DNA of 64,000 bases from Eledone cirrhosa (GCA_964016885.1 OZ024764.1:24366001-24430000), one strand, 5' to 3'. Shown: positions 1-12,860, counted from the stretch's first letter. Notes: a model not told the origin generated them from the sequence alone. Numbers and translations are program-made.

Positions 1-110
1 TTATGGTCCATCTGGTTCCTTACTACAATTCCTTTGTTATATATATATATATATATATATACAATTCAATGATATTAAATAAATGGAAACTATATTTATA
101 AAACCATATT

Positions 111-175
111 TATTTTATTATATATATTTCAAGGGTAACCAAGACAACATTGGTACGCTTTCATCAGATAAAATA
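111..175 (-). ncRNA. Minimal type-I hammerhead ribozyme motif (family A)
   Basis: Reverse complement reads TATTTTAT-CTGATGA-aagcgtaccaa..ttggttaccctt-GAAA-TATATA-TA-ATAAAATA: 8-bp stem I, intact core, paired stem II, palindromic stem III. Confidence 0.8.
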
Positions 176-262
176 CAAAGTTTGTTTTACTTCTACTTAT
201 ATATATATATATAAAATAATTAAGTCAAATATTTAAAATTTGGCTCCGTTTATTAAAGATGT

Positions 263-317
263 ACTGCTCTATATATTTCGGTAACAGCCATCATTGGCTA
301 TGACCTCTTCAGGCAGT
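263..317 (-). ncRNA. Hammerhead motif with mutated cleavage site
   Basis: ACTGC-CTGAAGA-ggtcatagcca/tggctgttacc-GAAA-TATATA-GA-GCAGT; stems pair, but the UH position reads GA. Confidence 0.6.
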
Positions 318-469
318 CCGAATTGGTGTGGGAAAGACAGGTACACATGTTGTTGAATGTGTTTTACTCCGTCAATACTCCGATATGTTCAACTCCTGGT
401 TGTGTTGTTATTTCTCTGAGGAACTGGAATCATATGTTAACAAATGAAAAATATTCGCATTATCAAAAT

Positions 470-541
470 ATATATTTTATTATATATATTTCAAAGGTAC
501 TATGTTGTTTTTTCAGTACGTCCTCATCAGACAAAATATAT
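470..541 (-). ncRNA. Minimal hammerhead motif, left arm of fold-back 434-730
   Basis: ATATATTTTGT-CTGATGA-ggacgtact..agtaccttt-GAAA-TATATA-TA-ATAAAATATAT. Confidence 0.75.
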
Positions 542-620
542 GATTTGATATATGACATAGCGCTACGGTCTTGATTATTCAATTCTCGACTGCCAATACG
601 GCTATGTCATATATCAAATC

Positions 621-694
621 ATATATTTTGTCTGATGAGGACGTACTGAAAAAAAACAACATAGTACCTTTGAAATATATATAATAAAGTATAT
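621..694 (+). ncRNA. Minimal hammerhead motif, right arm of fold-back 434-730
   Basis: CTGATGA 632-638, GAAA 672-675, TATATA, TA, then a stem I partner with G:U pairs. Confidence 0.75.
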
Positions 695-837
695 ATTTTG
701 ATTATGTGAATATTTTTCATTTGTTAACATTTTGAATAATATTAAAAACACCAGGAAAACTTAATTGTTGAGTGCTTCTAATCTATTGTAAAACTGTATT
801 CGTTGAGTAATCGACGAACCATATTAATCTTTTTGGT

Positions 838-868
<31 letters not shown>

Positions 869-956
869 GGAAAGTTATATTTAAATTGTTGGGTTAACAA
901 CGAGTAAATATTTATAACTGATATAAAAGCACTCAACAAGTATTTGGAGTATATTT

Positions 957-1098
957 ATGATATTAAATAAATGGAAACTATATTTATAAAACCATATTTA
1001 TTTCGTTATATATATTTCAGGGATATCATATTGATATCCCTGAAATATATATAACGAAATAAATATGGTTTTATAAATATAGTTTCCATTTATTTAAT

Positions 1099-1103
<5 letters not shown>
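957..1103. repeat. Palindrome made from the 3' half of a family A hammerhead unit
   Basis: Arms of about 70 bp centred near 1030, each with GAAA-TATATA-TA and the ttataaatatagtttccatttattt tail seen at 70-110 and 38800-38840. Confidence 0.8.
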
Positions 1104-1185
<82 letters not shown>

Positions 1186-1853
1186 GGCATACGTCAAAAT
1201 GGCCGGTCGCAAAAGTGAAACTAATTTTTGACGACAATTACGTACGTCATTATTTTCAATTTGGATTGTGAATTTGTTTGTTTTTTTTACAACAGGTCTC
1301 AATAGTGAAAGTCAATTTTATTGATGGTGTTAATTAGTGTTGCGTGTACGTGATAATTTTTTTTATATCTTTTTTTGTGTATTGTGTGTACGGAAAATTT
1401 TTTTTAAAATAATGACATTGTGTGTTGAAATAAATACATATTGAAAATCTTTATTTAAATAAGTGTTTCTACTTTTAGCACAAGGCCAACAATTACCCAG
1501 TACATTACTGGTACTTTATTTTATCGACCCCATAAGGATGAAAAGCAAAGTTAACCTCGGTAAATAATGACATTGTGTGTTGAAATAAATAAATATTGAA
1601 AATCCTTATTACACCCTATAAATAGCTGAAATACAGTTGATCATCTTGCCAAAATTGTTGGCACCAACTCTCTGCCGCCAAAGAAATTAAGGTAAGGTCA
1701 TAAGAAGGACAGAGAATGATAAGGGATTTGGGTCAGAGGGGCAGCTTGGGGTCAGAAAGGGGCAGATTGGCGTCAGAAGGGCTGGGAAAATTTTATTTAT
1801 TTTTGTTAAACCAATCACCGAAGGCTTCATTGTAATACAGTGTCACATCAAAT

Positions 1854-2378
1854 ATGGCTGCACGAGTGTATGGTCGCGTTACCTTAGTTGAAGATATTTT
1901 GGATAACAATGCTATTGTTAATCGCTTTGAAACAATGTACACACTCTTCCCGGCGATAGACGGTGACACGTTGTGTATGTTACAGTGGTTGGCCAGTCGA
2001 CGTCTGTTGACCAACAGTGTGGAGTGTCCTGTCTGCAATAAGGCGTGCACATTGACAAGATATTCTGAGGGAATTGATAAATGGAGGTGGCGATGCGGCC
2101 GCGACAAATTTAGTCAATCGGTGCGACGGAATTCTATATTTTATCGAAGCCGTCTTCCACTCGATCACCTTATTGGCATTATCTATATGTGGTGCTACGA
2201 TCATGCCCAAAAAGAGATGATGAGGGAAACAGGACTTAGCAAGCCGACAGTTATAGACTGGTGCAACTTCCTTAAAGAAACTTGTCAGCAGTATTTTGAG
2301 GCGAATCCTCAACAGAGAGTTGGTACCAACAAGTTTGGTGAGATGATCAACTGTATTTCAGCTATTTATAGGGTGTAA
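1854..2378 (+). pseudogene. Merlin/IS1595 (ISXO2-like) transposase N-terminal fragment
   Basis: CPVC..WRWRC zinc ribbon, SVRRNSIF..SRLPL, TGLSKPTVIDWCNFL HTH-like segment; ends before the DDE domain; flanked by inverted arms 1380-1653 and 2334-2523. Confidence 0.7.
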
Positions 2379-2529
2379 TAAGGATTTTCATAAGGTACGT
2401 CAATTTATATTTTATATGCAACAAACCTATAACTATGGAGTTATTTAAAACAAACAAAAAAAATGTATTTATTTCAACACACAATGTCATTATTTAAAAA
2501 AAGATTTTCCGTACACACAATACATATGT

Positions 2530-2572
2530 GTGTATATATTTATATATAAATATATATATATATGTGTGTATA

Positions 2573-2620
<48 letters not shown>

Positions 2621-2708
2621 TAAATAATATGTTATTGAATACTGTTAGCTTCTCGCTACAACAATTTATATACTTTTCATTTATATATATATATTATATA
2701 TATATACA

Positions 2709-2755
<47 letters not shown>

Positions 2756-2939
2756 TATATATATATATATATATATACATATATATTATAGTATATATAT
2801 ATATATATATATATACATATATATTATAGTATATATATATATATATATATATACATATATATTATAGTATATATATATATATATATATACATATATATTA
2901 TAGTATATATATATATATATATATACATATATATTATAG

Positions 2940-2971
<32 letters not shown>

Positions 2972-3093
2972 TATTATAGTATATATATATATATATATAT
3001 ATACATATATATTATAGTATATATATATATATATATATATACATATATATTATAGTATATATATATATATATATATATACATATATATTATAG

Positions 3094-3125
<32 letters not shown>

Positions 3126-3276
3126 TATTATAGTATATATATATATATATATATATACATATATATTATAGTATATATATATATATATATACATATATAT
3201 TATAGTATATATATATATATATATATACATATATATTGTATTATATTATATACATATATATTATATATATATATAT

Positions 3277-3323
<47 letters not shown>

Positions 3324-3350
3324 GTATTATATATATATACACACACACGT
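2530..3350. repeat. (TA)n-based compound microsatellite with an approx. 29-bp unit
   Basis: Recurrent (ta)n-catatatattatag unit at 2770-3240. Confidence 0.9.
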
Positions 3351-4119
3351 GTCTATGCCGTTGTACATTTCTATTCACTGCGATCCTGTACTTCCGGTCA
3401 CCGCCCACTAAACAACTTAGTTCCACCTGTAATTAATATCACAACTCCACCAATCCACACCTCCACTTTATAGATTTAATATTTTCAAGGTATTTCAACT
3501 TTATTCCAGTCATTTTTACTTCAGTTTATTTTGTTTTCTTCTTAAAATATTTCTATTTTTTTTCTTTAATCTTTCGTCGTCTTCTTCTTTCCAGATGAAA
3601 TATTTTCAGTCAACCTAATTATTGTTATTTTCTATAAAACACTAAATATTCAACTGATTTATAAGTAATTATCATCCTCAACGATCTCTCTTACACAGTG
3701 TATCTTCCTTTATACCAGAGAAAATAAGTATATTTATCCCAGTCACATCACTAACACCATCTCTCTCTCGCTGGACTGGACTGGGTTGTGTTGTGTTCCT
3801 GAGCAAAACACTTCATGTTGCTCCAGTATAGTCTACTAGAAATGACTACCAGCAATAGCTGGGAGTTCAACCCTGCGAAGGTCTGGTGTCCTGTCCAGGG
3901 GGAAGTAGTGTCAGTCGCTTAACACCAAGGAAACCAGGATAACCACCGACCTGGTCACCCCCCGGGCTTGAGACATACTTTAACCTGCGATAGATAACAA
4001 ATGTATATTTATCCATGTCAGATCACCAACACCATCTCTCTCTCACACTTTCAGTCTTTCTCTACTAAATTTACAGAATCTACATCTTTATAACGGAGAG
4101 AAACCTGTAGTTTAAGGTA

Positions 4120-7100
4120 TCATCATCATCATCATCACCGTTTTACGTCCGTTCTTCCACGCTAGCATGGGTTAGACGGGTTGTCCTGTTGTGGGCAATG
4201 TTAGGTCGGCTGACCTTGTCTTGCTCATAAGGGAACTGATTCTGGCTTGATTTCTACAGCTGGATGCCCTTCCTAACACCAACCTCATTTACAGTGAGTG
4301 CTGGGTGCTTTTTTACCGTGGCCCCTACACGTCCACTTTACAGTGTGGGCTGGGTGCTTTTTTGCCGTGGCACCTCTACGAGGGTGTGGGGGCATATTGT
4401 CTATATGCTTCAACTTTGGCTTGTACCCGTGGGGGCTCGGGTCTTCTGTATTACTGCATGACGCCAGAGGTCACGGTCGTGTGTCATCGCATTTGAGAGG
4501 TGTAATTGGGTAAGGTCGGTTTTTATCACCTCATCCCAGGTCTTCTTGGGCCTCCCTACTCCGCGGCTTCCATCGACTTCTAGTGCTCTGCACCTTTTTA
4601 TGCAGCTGTCATCCTTCATATGCATCACATGTCCATACCAGCGCAACCGCCTCTCCTGCACAAGGAATTTCATTTCTCTGATGCTCAGTCTCTCTCTCTC
4701 AATTCATTTATGCTTTCTCGGAGCATGCAGGCTTCGTTTCTTTCTAATCTACGTACGTCTTCCACCTTCAGCCCCCAGGTCTCACTACCATGTAACATTG
4801 CTGTTCGGATACACACATCATACAGTCTGCCTTTCATTTTGAGGGAGAAGCCTTTTGCAGCTAGCAGTGGCAGTAGTTCTCTGAACTTCTTCCACAGTTT
4901 TCCCTAGTTACTGTACTTTCCGAACTTACCCGTTCTTACCCTAGTTACTGTACTTTCCGAACACCCACTTCTGCTGCTAATTCGGTCACCTAGGTAGCAG
5001 AAGCTGTCTACTGTTTCTATAGAGCCCTCCCAGAGTTTGGTGGTACTTGTTTCCTGTGGCTGTTTGCTGCTTGTTGTCCCAGCACAGCTGCTGCATGTGA
5101 AGCTTACATTGTTAGATAAACTTCCTGAGATCCCACCACATCTCTTGAGTACCCATTGTTTGCATTTGGGGCAGAGAATGGAGTTCCTACCTACACCTAT
5201 CATACATACCGAACAAGGCCATTTCCCTGAGGGGATCTGGGTTCTGTTTTCTCGTCTACTTATGAGGACCTTAGTCTTTGTCAGGTTGACTTTGAGACCC
5301 TTTCTTTCTAGGCCATGCTTCCAAGTTTGGAGTTTCTTCTCTATTTCCACCATAGATTCAGCTATAAGTGCGAGGTCATCAGCATACAGGAGTTCCCATG
5401 GGCATCCGGTCTTAAACTCTTCTGTTGCAGCCTGCAATACTATAATAAACAGGAGAGGGCTAAGAACAGAGCCCTGGTGGACACCAACCTATAAGCTAAA
5501 TTCCTCGCTATTGTTATGGTTAACCCTAACTTTGCTGACTGCTCCCCTATACATGGCTTGTACAGCTCTCACAAGCCATTCATCTACTCCTAGTTTTCTA
5601 AGAGCCCACCAGATTATGACACGGGGCGCTCTGTCGAGTGCTTTTTCCAGATCGACAAATGCCAAGTAGAGTGGCTTACTTTTAGCAAGGTACTTTTCCT
5701 GTAACTGCCTCACAAGGAAGAGGGCATCAGTGGTACCTCTTCCTGGCACAAACCCAAACTGCATCTCGTCTAGTTTTACCCGGTCCCTAATCAACTGTGT
5801 TATAACTCTTTCCGTTACTTTCATGACCTGGTCCATCAGCTTTATACCTCTATAGTTTCCTCTATCTAGTGCATCTCCTTTACCCTTGTAGCAGTTGACA
5901 ATGATGCTGCTGCACCAATCCTTTGGTATGACACCTTCTAGTATTACCTGGTTAACAATACGTGTGGTTATGGTGTGACCTACCGACCCAGATGCTTTCA
6001 GCATCTCGGCAGCTATATCCGATGGACCGGTTGCCTTCCTCGTCTTCATATCTTTCATTGCTTTACTTACTACGCTGCTGCTGACTTGTACTGCTGGCCC
6101 CTCTATAGGGTCTACTTGGGGTAGGGTCTCTTCTTCCCATGCATTCTCCTCATTTAGTAATCTATCATAATGGCTCTTCCATGCATCTTTCTTCTCAGCA
6201 CTTGTGAAGGCAAGCTCACCTTTATCATTCCGGATACACTTCTCTCCAATGACATCACAATTCTCTCTGGCACACTGCCTCGCAATCCTGAACATCTCCT
6301 GTTTCTGGTCCTCACATTGCAAAACATGCTTGAATTTTCTATCCTCTGCTTCCCTCCTAGCTAAGTATACTTGTCGCCTAGCTTCCCTCTTGGTCTCTAT
6401 GTAATGTACCCTGCCCCCCCCCGTTCTTCCATTCTTTCCATGCCTGCTTCTTGGCCTTAACTGCCTCATCTACCTTATTGTTCCACCACCAAGTCACTCT
6501 CCTCCTCCCTGTGGTCTTACTCCAGCCACAGATCTCATCCGTCACTTTTAGTAAGTTATTTTATAGGAACTCCCAGTGCTCTTCTACATTGAATGTCTCT
6601 ATCTGTTCTTCTTTACTGTCATAGGCGTCAAGTAGGATATCTTTAAATCTGTTACTGGCTGAGGGGGTCTTTCAGCTTCCAGATCTTTCTTCTCCAGGTT
6701 GCCTTCTCTTTCCAAGTTCGTCTAGTTCTGACCGTGAGGTCGCTGACAACTAAGTTATGTTGGGAGGTACATTCCTCACCAGGGAATGCTTTTGTGTTTA
6801 CAACCATCCATCTATCACGTCCTCTGATGACGATAAAATCTATCTGACTAGAATGCTCCCCTGATCTATAGGTGATCAGATGGTTGTTGGATTTTTTGAA
6901 GTTTGTGTTACATATCGACATGTCATTGGCGTCGCAGAATTCTAGAAGCCTTCTTCGTTTCTTGTGCCAAACCCGTAGCCTCCATGGAATCTATAGAAGC
7001 CATCACAGTGTTTCCCAACGTGTCCGTTAAAATCTTCAGCAATTATTAGGAAGTCACTGTCGTTTGTTAAGGACTCGTAAAAGTTTGTCTGGCAACCCTG

Positions 7101-7392
7101 ATTGGGCTGCGTAAGCTGATATAATTGTAGCAATTGTTTTATTCAGGACTAGTCTGAGTTTAATGATTCTTGCGTTCACCCTGTTCACTGAGATTACCTT
7201 ACCTATCCATTTGTGAGCTAGTAGGATACCTACACCACCCATCCTGTTGTCATTTCCCACCCAGAAAAAGTTTTAGCACTGACTTCTGCCTGCAAGGACT
7301 CTAGCGGACTCTGCTCTCCATCTAGTCTCTTGCACACAGCATACATCAATTTCCTTTCCCTCTAGCATCTCTACGATTTCTCCTGCTGTTGT
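4120..7392 (-). mobile_element. RTE-clade LINE, 5'-truncated and disrupted (APE endonuclease + RT)
   Basis: CVQETRW near 7330, DFNGHVG, SQIDF (APE); KGKGD..NYRGIKL, QFGFVPGRGTTDA, FVDLEKA, LLYADD (RT); RRLRWYGHV; (ATG)n 3' tail at 4120-4137; stops and frameshifts incl. a 37-bp duplication at 4902-4962. Confidence 0.92.
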
Positions 7393-7435
7393 ATATATAT
7401 GTTATACAATCTGAAGGTCTAACTGTAGTATATAT

Positions 7436-7820
7436 CATCATCATCAAAGGCGATGACACACGACCGTGACCTCTGGCGTCACGCAGTAATACAGAGTACC
7501 CGACCTCCCATGGGTACAAGCTGAAGCCTATAGACAATATGCCCCCACACCCCCCACCGCAAGGTGGTCGTGGAGGTGCCACGGCAAAAAAGCACCCAGC
7601 CCACACTGTAAAGTGGACGTGTAGGCGCCACAAAAAAAGCACCCAGCACTCACTGTAAATGAGGTTGGTGTTAGGAAGGGCATCCGGCTGTAGAAATCAA
7701 GCCAAATCAGTTCGTGTATGAGCAAGGCATGGTCAGCCGACCAGACACTGCCCACAACAGGACAACCCGTCTAACCCATGCTAGCGTGGAAGAACGGACG
7801 TAAAACGGTGATGATGATGA
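7436..7820 (+). mobile_element. RTE LINE 3'-end fragment
   Basis: Reverse-complement match to 4120-4490; ends in (GAT)n. Confidence 0.85.
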
Positions 7821-8107
7821 TCATCATCATCATCGTTTAACGTCCATCTTCCACGCTAGCATGGGTTTGGTCGGGAATTTTTCCACTTGAGGCAAGAGTG
7901 GTTGACTTGCTCGTATAAGACTGTCTGGCGGGTTTTCTACGGCTGGATGCCCTTCCTAACACCAACCACGTTTACAGTGTGGACTGGGAGGTTTTTACCG
8001 CGTTACCTACACGGCCACATTACAGTGTGGACTGTGTGTTTTTTTGTCGTGACACCTCCACGACCTCATTTGTTTCGGGCTGGATGTTGTGGTACCAACA
8101 AAACTTA
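7821..8107 (-). mobile_element. RTE 3'-UTR fragment (second subfamily), tail-to-tail with the previous one
   Basis: (CAT)n tail and ggatgcccttcctaacaccaacc core. Confidence 0.8.
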
Positions 8108-8112
8108 ACATA

Positions 8113-8145
<33 letters not shown>

Positions 8146-9000
8146 GTTCTAAACAACAGTAGATGAACCAAAAGACTTTATGCTCACCGTGTGTATATAT
8201 AAAATTAAATATGAAATAATAATTGTTTCTACTTTTAGCACAAGGCCAGCAATTACCCCAGTGTATTACTGGTACTTTATTTTATCGACCCCGTAAGGAC
8301 GAAAGGCAATGTTAACCTCGGTGGGATTATGAAATAATAATAATGAAAATTATGTACAGTGCTCAGGTGCACTACAACTCATCAAAGGTACATGTATAGT
8401 ACATAGAATAATGTAAAAATCATAGATTTCCCAGGATTTTTAATGATAGGGGTCCCCCGTTCTATCAATACAGGTTTAGCTAGCCTCCTACGAGGTTGTA
8501 TCTCATTGGAGGTTTCTCAAGTGTTTTAATGATAGGGGCCCAAAACCTATCATGTTCTTACAACACCTATGTAGGTTTAGCAGGCTTCATACAATGTCGT
8601 ACTTCATAGGAGGACACTTGGGTGTTTTAATGAAAGGCGCCCCTGTTATATCTTACAATTACAACACACACCTGTGTAGGTTTAGCTGGCCCCTACAAGA
8701 TTGTATCTTGTAGATTTTTTTGGGGGGGTGTTTAAAGTCTCTATCTTATATTGTCACAGCTCACACCTATGTATGTGTAGCTGGCCCCTACGAGGTTTCT
8801 GCATATTAGGGGTTTTTTCTTCTCGGAGGTTTCAGCGATAGGAGGCTCCCAGTCTGGGAATCTAACCCGCATCCTTTATGACAGTGAGTCCCAACACCTT
8901 AGAGGCTGCCAGCCTGGGAATCGAACCCAGAGGCTTCTAGTCTGGGAATCAAACTCGGATCCTTATAACAGTGAGTCCAATACCTTCACAGGAAAGAGAG

Positions 9001-9002
<2 letters not shown>

Positions 9003-9096
<94 letters not shown>
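9003..9096. repeat. (CA)n microsatellite
   Basis: Direct reading. Confidence 0.95.
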
Positions 9097-9099
<3 letters not shown>

Positions 9100-9179
9100 T
9101 GTTCAAAGGGATATAACCACTCCCTTGAACTTATTCAATTATAAAGGAACATTGTCAGTTTTCAACATTTTAATTTGAT

Positions 9180-9870
9180 CTTCTCCCACGTATTCCTGAG
9201 AGGGTCGTGGAGCTAGAGTCCTGAAACACTCCCTCCAGCCAAGCTCATGGATGTTATCCAACCATCTTGTTTGGTGTCTGCCTCTGGGTCTCCTACCAGT
9301 TGGTTTTGCCTGTAAAATCTGTCCAGCGATTCTTTCCTCAGACATTCTAACCACATGTTTATAGTATCAGAGCTGTGATCTCTGAGTTATGCACTTTATC
9401 GAGTAACGCTACTCCATTTGGCCGCTTGTATTTGCAATCGGATTCTTTCAGTCATTACCCAAGATTCATGACCATAGGTAAGGGTTGGCATTAATACTGA
9501 ATTGAAGATAGCGAGTTTGGCTTTTACGATTACCTCCCTTCTTCTGATTACTGAATGCTAAAGCAGGCACTTTACTGCACCAGCTTTTGTAATTCTTGCA
9601 CTTAATTCACCCCCTGTCTTTCATCACTCTTGAACACGGCCCTGGGGTACTTGAACTTCTCTGCCTGCTTCCGTGGAACTCTATTCACATGTAGAGTGCA
9701 CTGCACAGGCTTCCTTGTGTGGACGAGTGTCTCAGTTTTTGCAGTACTCAGAATCAAAGCTATTGTGTTAGAGATCACTTTCTGTTGAGTTAAGTAATGC
9801 CATGTCATCTGCAAATTCCAACTGACTGATTTTACACCTGCCAGCCGTGATACCACTTCCAACCCGGCTG
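9180..9870 (-). mobile_element. Degenerate RTE-like LINE 3' coding fragment (family shared with 21351 and 42570)
   Basis: VVRMSEERIAGQILQAKPTGRRPRGR; HESWVM; DNA match to 42570-43200. Confidence 0.75.
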
Positions 9871-10520
9871 AGGTAACAGCATTTACCCTTGGCGGAGTCT
9901 GACTCCCACATTGAATGGTTTCGATTTAGCACCATTTATCGGAACACAAATACTTGGCCATTTGTATAGAGACATAGCTGTGTATATCTCTCATCATTAA
10001 TGAACCAAGAGTCTAACGAACTTCTGATTACAGAGTCGGGCCAGATAAATACAGATCGAACCTGTCGTGTTTTGATGGCCATGTTGCTTGAGCCGGTGCT
10101 GACTTCCGACTGCAGCGCTGCATTGCAACATGCATTTAAGGGTTCACGTTGGAACATGTTATGACATGTTAGTACAAGAGCATACAGGTGCATTGAGATC
10201 TATATTTTAACTACCTAGATTTTTAACTATGTACTTTTTTCACAGAATTTTTGAAGTACCCTTGTATATATATATATATTCTTTCTTTCTATCTATATCT
10301 TTATTATTAATATTATATTTATTTTGATGTGATAGTTTGATTTCGTAACTTTGCCGGTTATACATTTAACTATATCTTCGTTCCTTCTTTCGTCATTTTC
10401 TTTCTTTCTCTCTCATTTCCATATGTCCCCCTTCCTTTATTTATTTATCATTAATACTATTATTGATGTAGTAATTTGAATTTTTAAGTTTACCATTATG
10501 CATGTATTTTGTATTTCTTA

Positions 10521-10631
10521 ACAGTTTCTGATGAAATGATTGAAGTTATATGTATTTTAAATTGAATTATGCTGTCTCCAGTGTTTAGCAATTTATAGAC
10601 AACTCTATCATGGAAACAATTGTTAGACTGT
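10521..10631 (+). ncRNA. Hammerhead motif with extended stem II
   Basis: ACAGTTT-CTGATGA-aATGAT..ATCATg-GAAA-CAATTG-TT-AGACTGT; about 78 nt between the cores. Confidence 0.7.
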
Positions 10632-10754
10632 AAATAAATCTCCTTGTCTGTACTGTTGACCATGTTATTCTTCACTTTTAATATATATATATATATCTGT
10701 CTTTTATATATATATATACACATATATATATTCGTCTCTATATATATATATAGA

Positions 10755-11172
10755 TCCGTCTCTTCATTGCTGTAGTGGAATCTGTGCTGCTGTACGGGTC
10801 TGAGACTTGGACACTGACCAAGAAATTCACTCAGATGGTGGATGGGTGCTACACGAGAATGCTGAGGATGGCTCTGAACATTAATCAGTATACACTGAGG
10901 ATGAAAGACTCAGAGTTGTATGGGAGCCTCCCAAAAGTCAGCTCGAGAGTAGCACAGAGGAGACTGAGGTTAGCTGGACATGCTCACCGAAATCCACAGT
11001 TGACACTGCACTCAGTGCTCCTGTGGGAGCCCCTACATGGACACACTGGAAAAGGGACACCAAGGTTGACATGTTGATGCCTTAAGGACAGACACTGGTC
11101 TGTTGGAGACGCAGGACATGGCAGCGATGATAAGAGAACTCGTCCATGGATCTCGGGAATTTTACCTGCCCT

Positions 11173-11173
<1 letters not shown>
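10755..11173 (+). mobile_element. RTE-like LINE C-terminal fragment (family also at 35884-36043 and 56703-56966)
   Basis: ESVLLYGSETWTLT..YTRMLR..RRLRLAGH; shared 3' end ggatctcgggaattttacc. Confidence 0.8.
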
Positions 11174-11210
<37 letters not shown>

Positions 11211-11882
11211 TAATATATAATTGTTTCTACTTTTGGCACAATTATTATCATATTTACACATATTTTTTCCTCTGCTGCTACCCGTCTTTTTCGTTCTTAC
11301 TGCTTCCTCTTTCTCTGTATCTTTACCCTTTCTAGCAGTCTCTCTCTCTCTGTTAGCCTCTTCCTCACCCTTCACTCACTCATTCTCTGTCACTACCTCT
11401 CTTCCTCCTCTTTCTTCCCGTTTGACCTGTGAGTAATTCTTTTCTCTCACATTCTCGGCCAAGCTGGTCGGAATTTTTTCTCTCTCGTCTACGATTTCAC
11501 AGAACTTATGTTTACCGAATTCGCAGACCAGACCCCTTCTTCCTCCCGTTAGACCTGTGCGAAATTCCTTCCTTGCTCACATTTCAACCAGGTTTGATGG
11601 TCTTTATTCTCTCGTTCACGATTTCACCGAATTTAAATTCATAGAAATCTGGGACTTGACTCCTTCTTCCTCACTTTTCGTTGCTTCACCATTTTTGTTT
11701 GTTTACACTCTTGTCCCCTTTATTTACGTGTCCCAACGACTTTTTTTAGCCGTTGCTCGCACCAACCGGAGGTATATGGTCTTTAAAGCGATGAAATGCC
11801 TATGATGGTTGGAAGATCACTGATGAAGGACTAACTTTTTTCATATGTAACCCATTAGCAACTCCACAGCGCCCTTATTATC

Positions 11883-11942
<60 letters not shown>

Positions 11943-12018
11943 TTTTACATGTGGCCGGTGCTCTGGTGCAATAAGTAGCAGCAAGTGCCCACAAACTACT
12001 AGCTCTTTCAATTGCGCA

Positions 12019-12857
12019 GAGGGTTCTATAGAAATAGTGGACAGCTTCCGTTACCTGGGCGATAAAATCAGCAGTGGGGGAGGGTGCTCTGAAAGTACTG
12101 TAGCTAGAGTCAGAACTGGTTGGAAAAAGTTCAGAGAGCTTATACCACTATTAGCTGCTAAAGGGTTCTCACTAAAAATGAAAGGCAGGTTGTACGATGC
12201 CTGCATACGAACAGCAATGCTGCATGGCAGTGAGACCTGGGCATTGTGTGCAGAGGATATACGCAGACTAGAGAGGAACGAAGCTTGCATGCTCCGCTGG
12301 ATGTGTAACAGTAATATACGTGAACGGCAAAGCATAAACGAACTAAGGAATAAATTAGAGATAAGAGGGATCAGATGTTGTTTACTCGAGAGAAGGCTAC
12401 GTTGGTATGGACACGTGATGCGCATGAAAGTCGATAGCTGTATAACAAAGTGCAGGGCAATAAAGATAGACGGTAGTCACGGAATAGGCAGACCTAGAAA
12501 AACCTGGGACGAGCTGATAAACTCCGACATCACACACTTACACCTCTCCAAGACAATGTCACTGGACCGAGACCTTTGGCGGTACTCAGTAACAGAGAAG
12601 ACCCGCCTTACCTAAATATATAGTAAAACCTACTCCAGCCAGTAGGCATCTCTAACAAAATACACCCCGTCCCACCACCCCCACCCCCACCCGATCCACA
12701 CCACCCCGTTCTATGTAAAGTTATGTTGGTGCCGCGCCATCGAGGCCGAAACAAATGAGATCGTGTAGGTGTCACGACAAAAAAACACACAGTCCACGCT
12801 GTAATGTGGCCGTGTAGGCAACACGGTAAAAACCTCCCAGACCCACACTGATGATGA

Positions 12858-12860
<3 letters not shown>
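12019..12860 (+). mobile_element. RTE LINE 3' fragment
   Basis: DSFRYLG..LHGSETW..RRLRWYGHV..GRPRKTW plus 3' UTR; near-identical to 49607-50140. Confidence 0.9.

Noticed and set aside
5037-5669. Antisense ORFs over the LINE and over the ZF genes (e.g. 40517-41017)
   Set aside because: Shadow ORFs with no recognisable motifs
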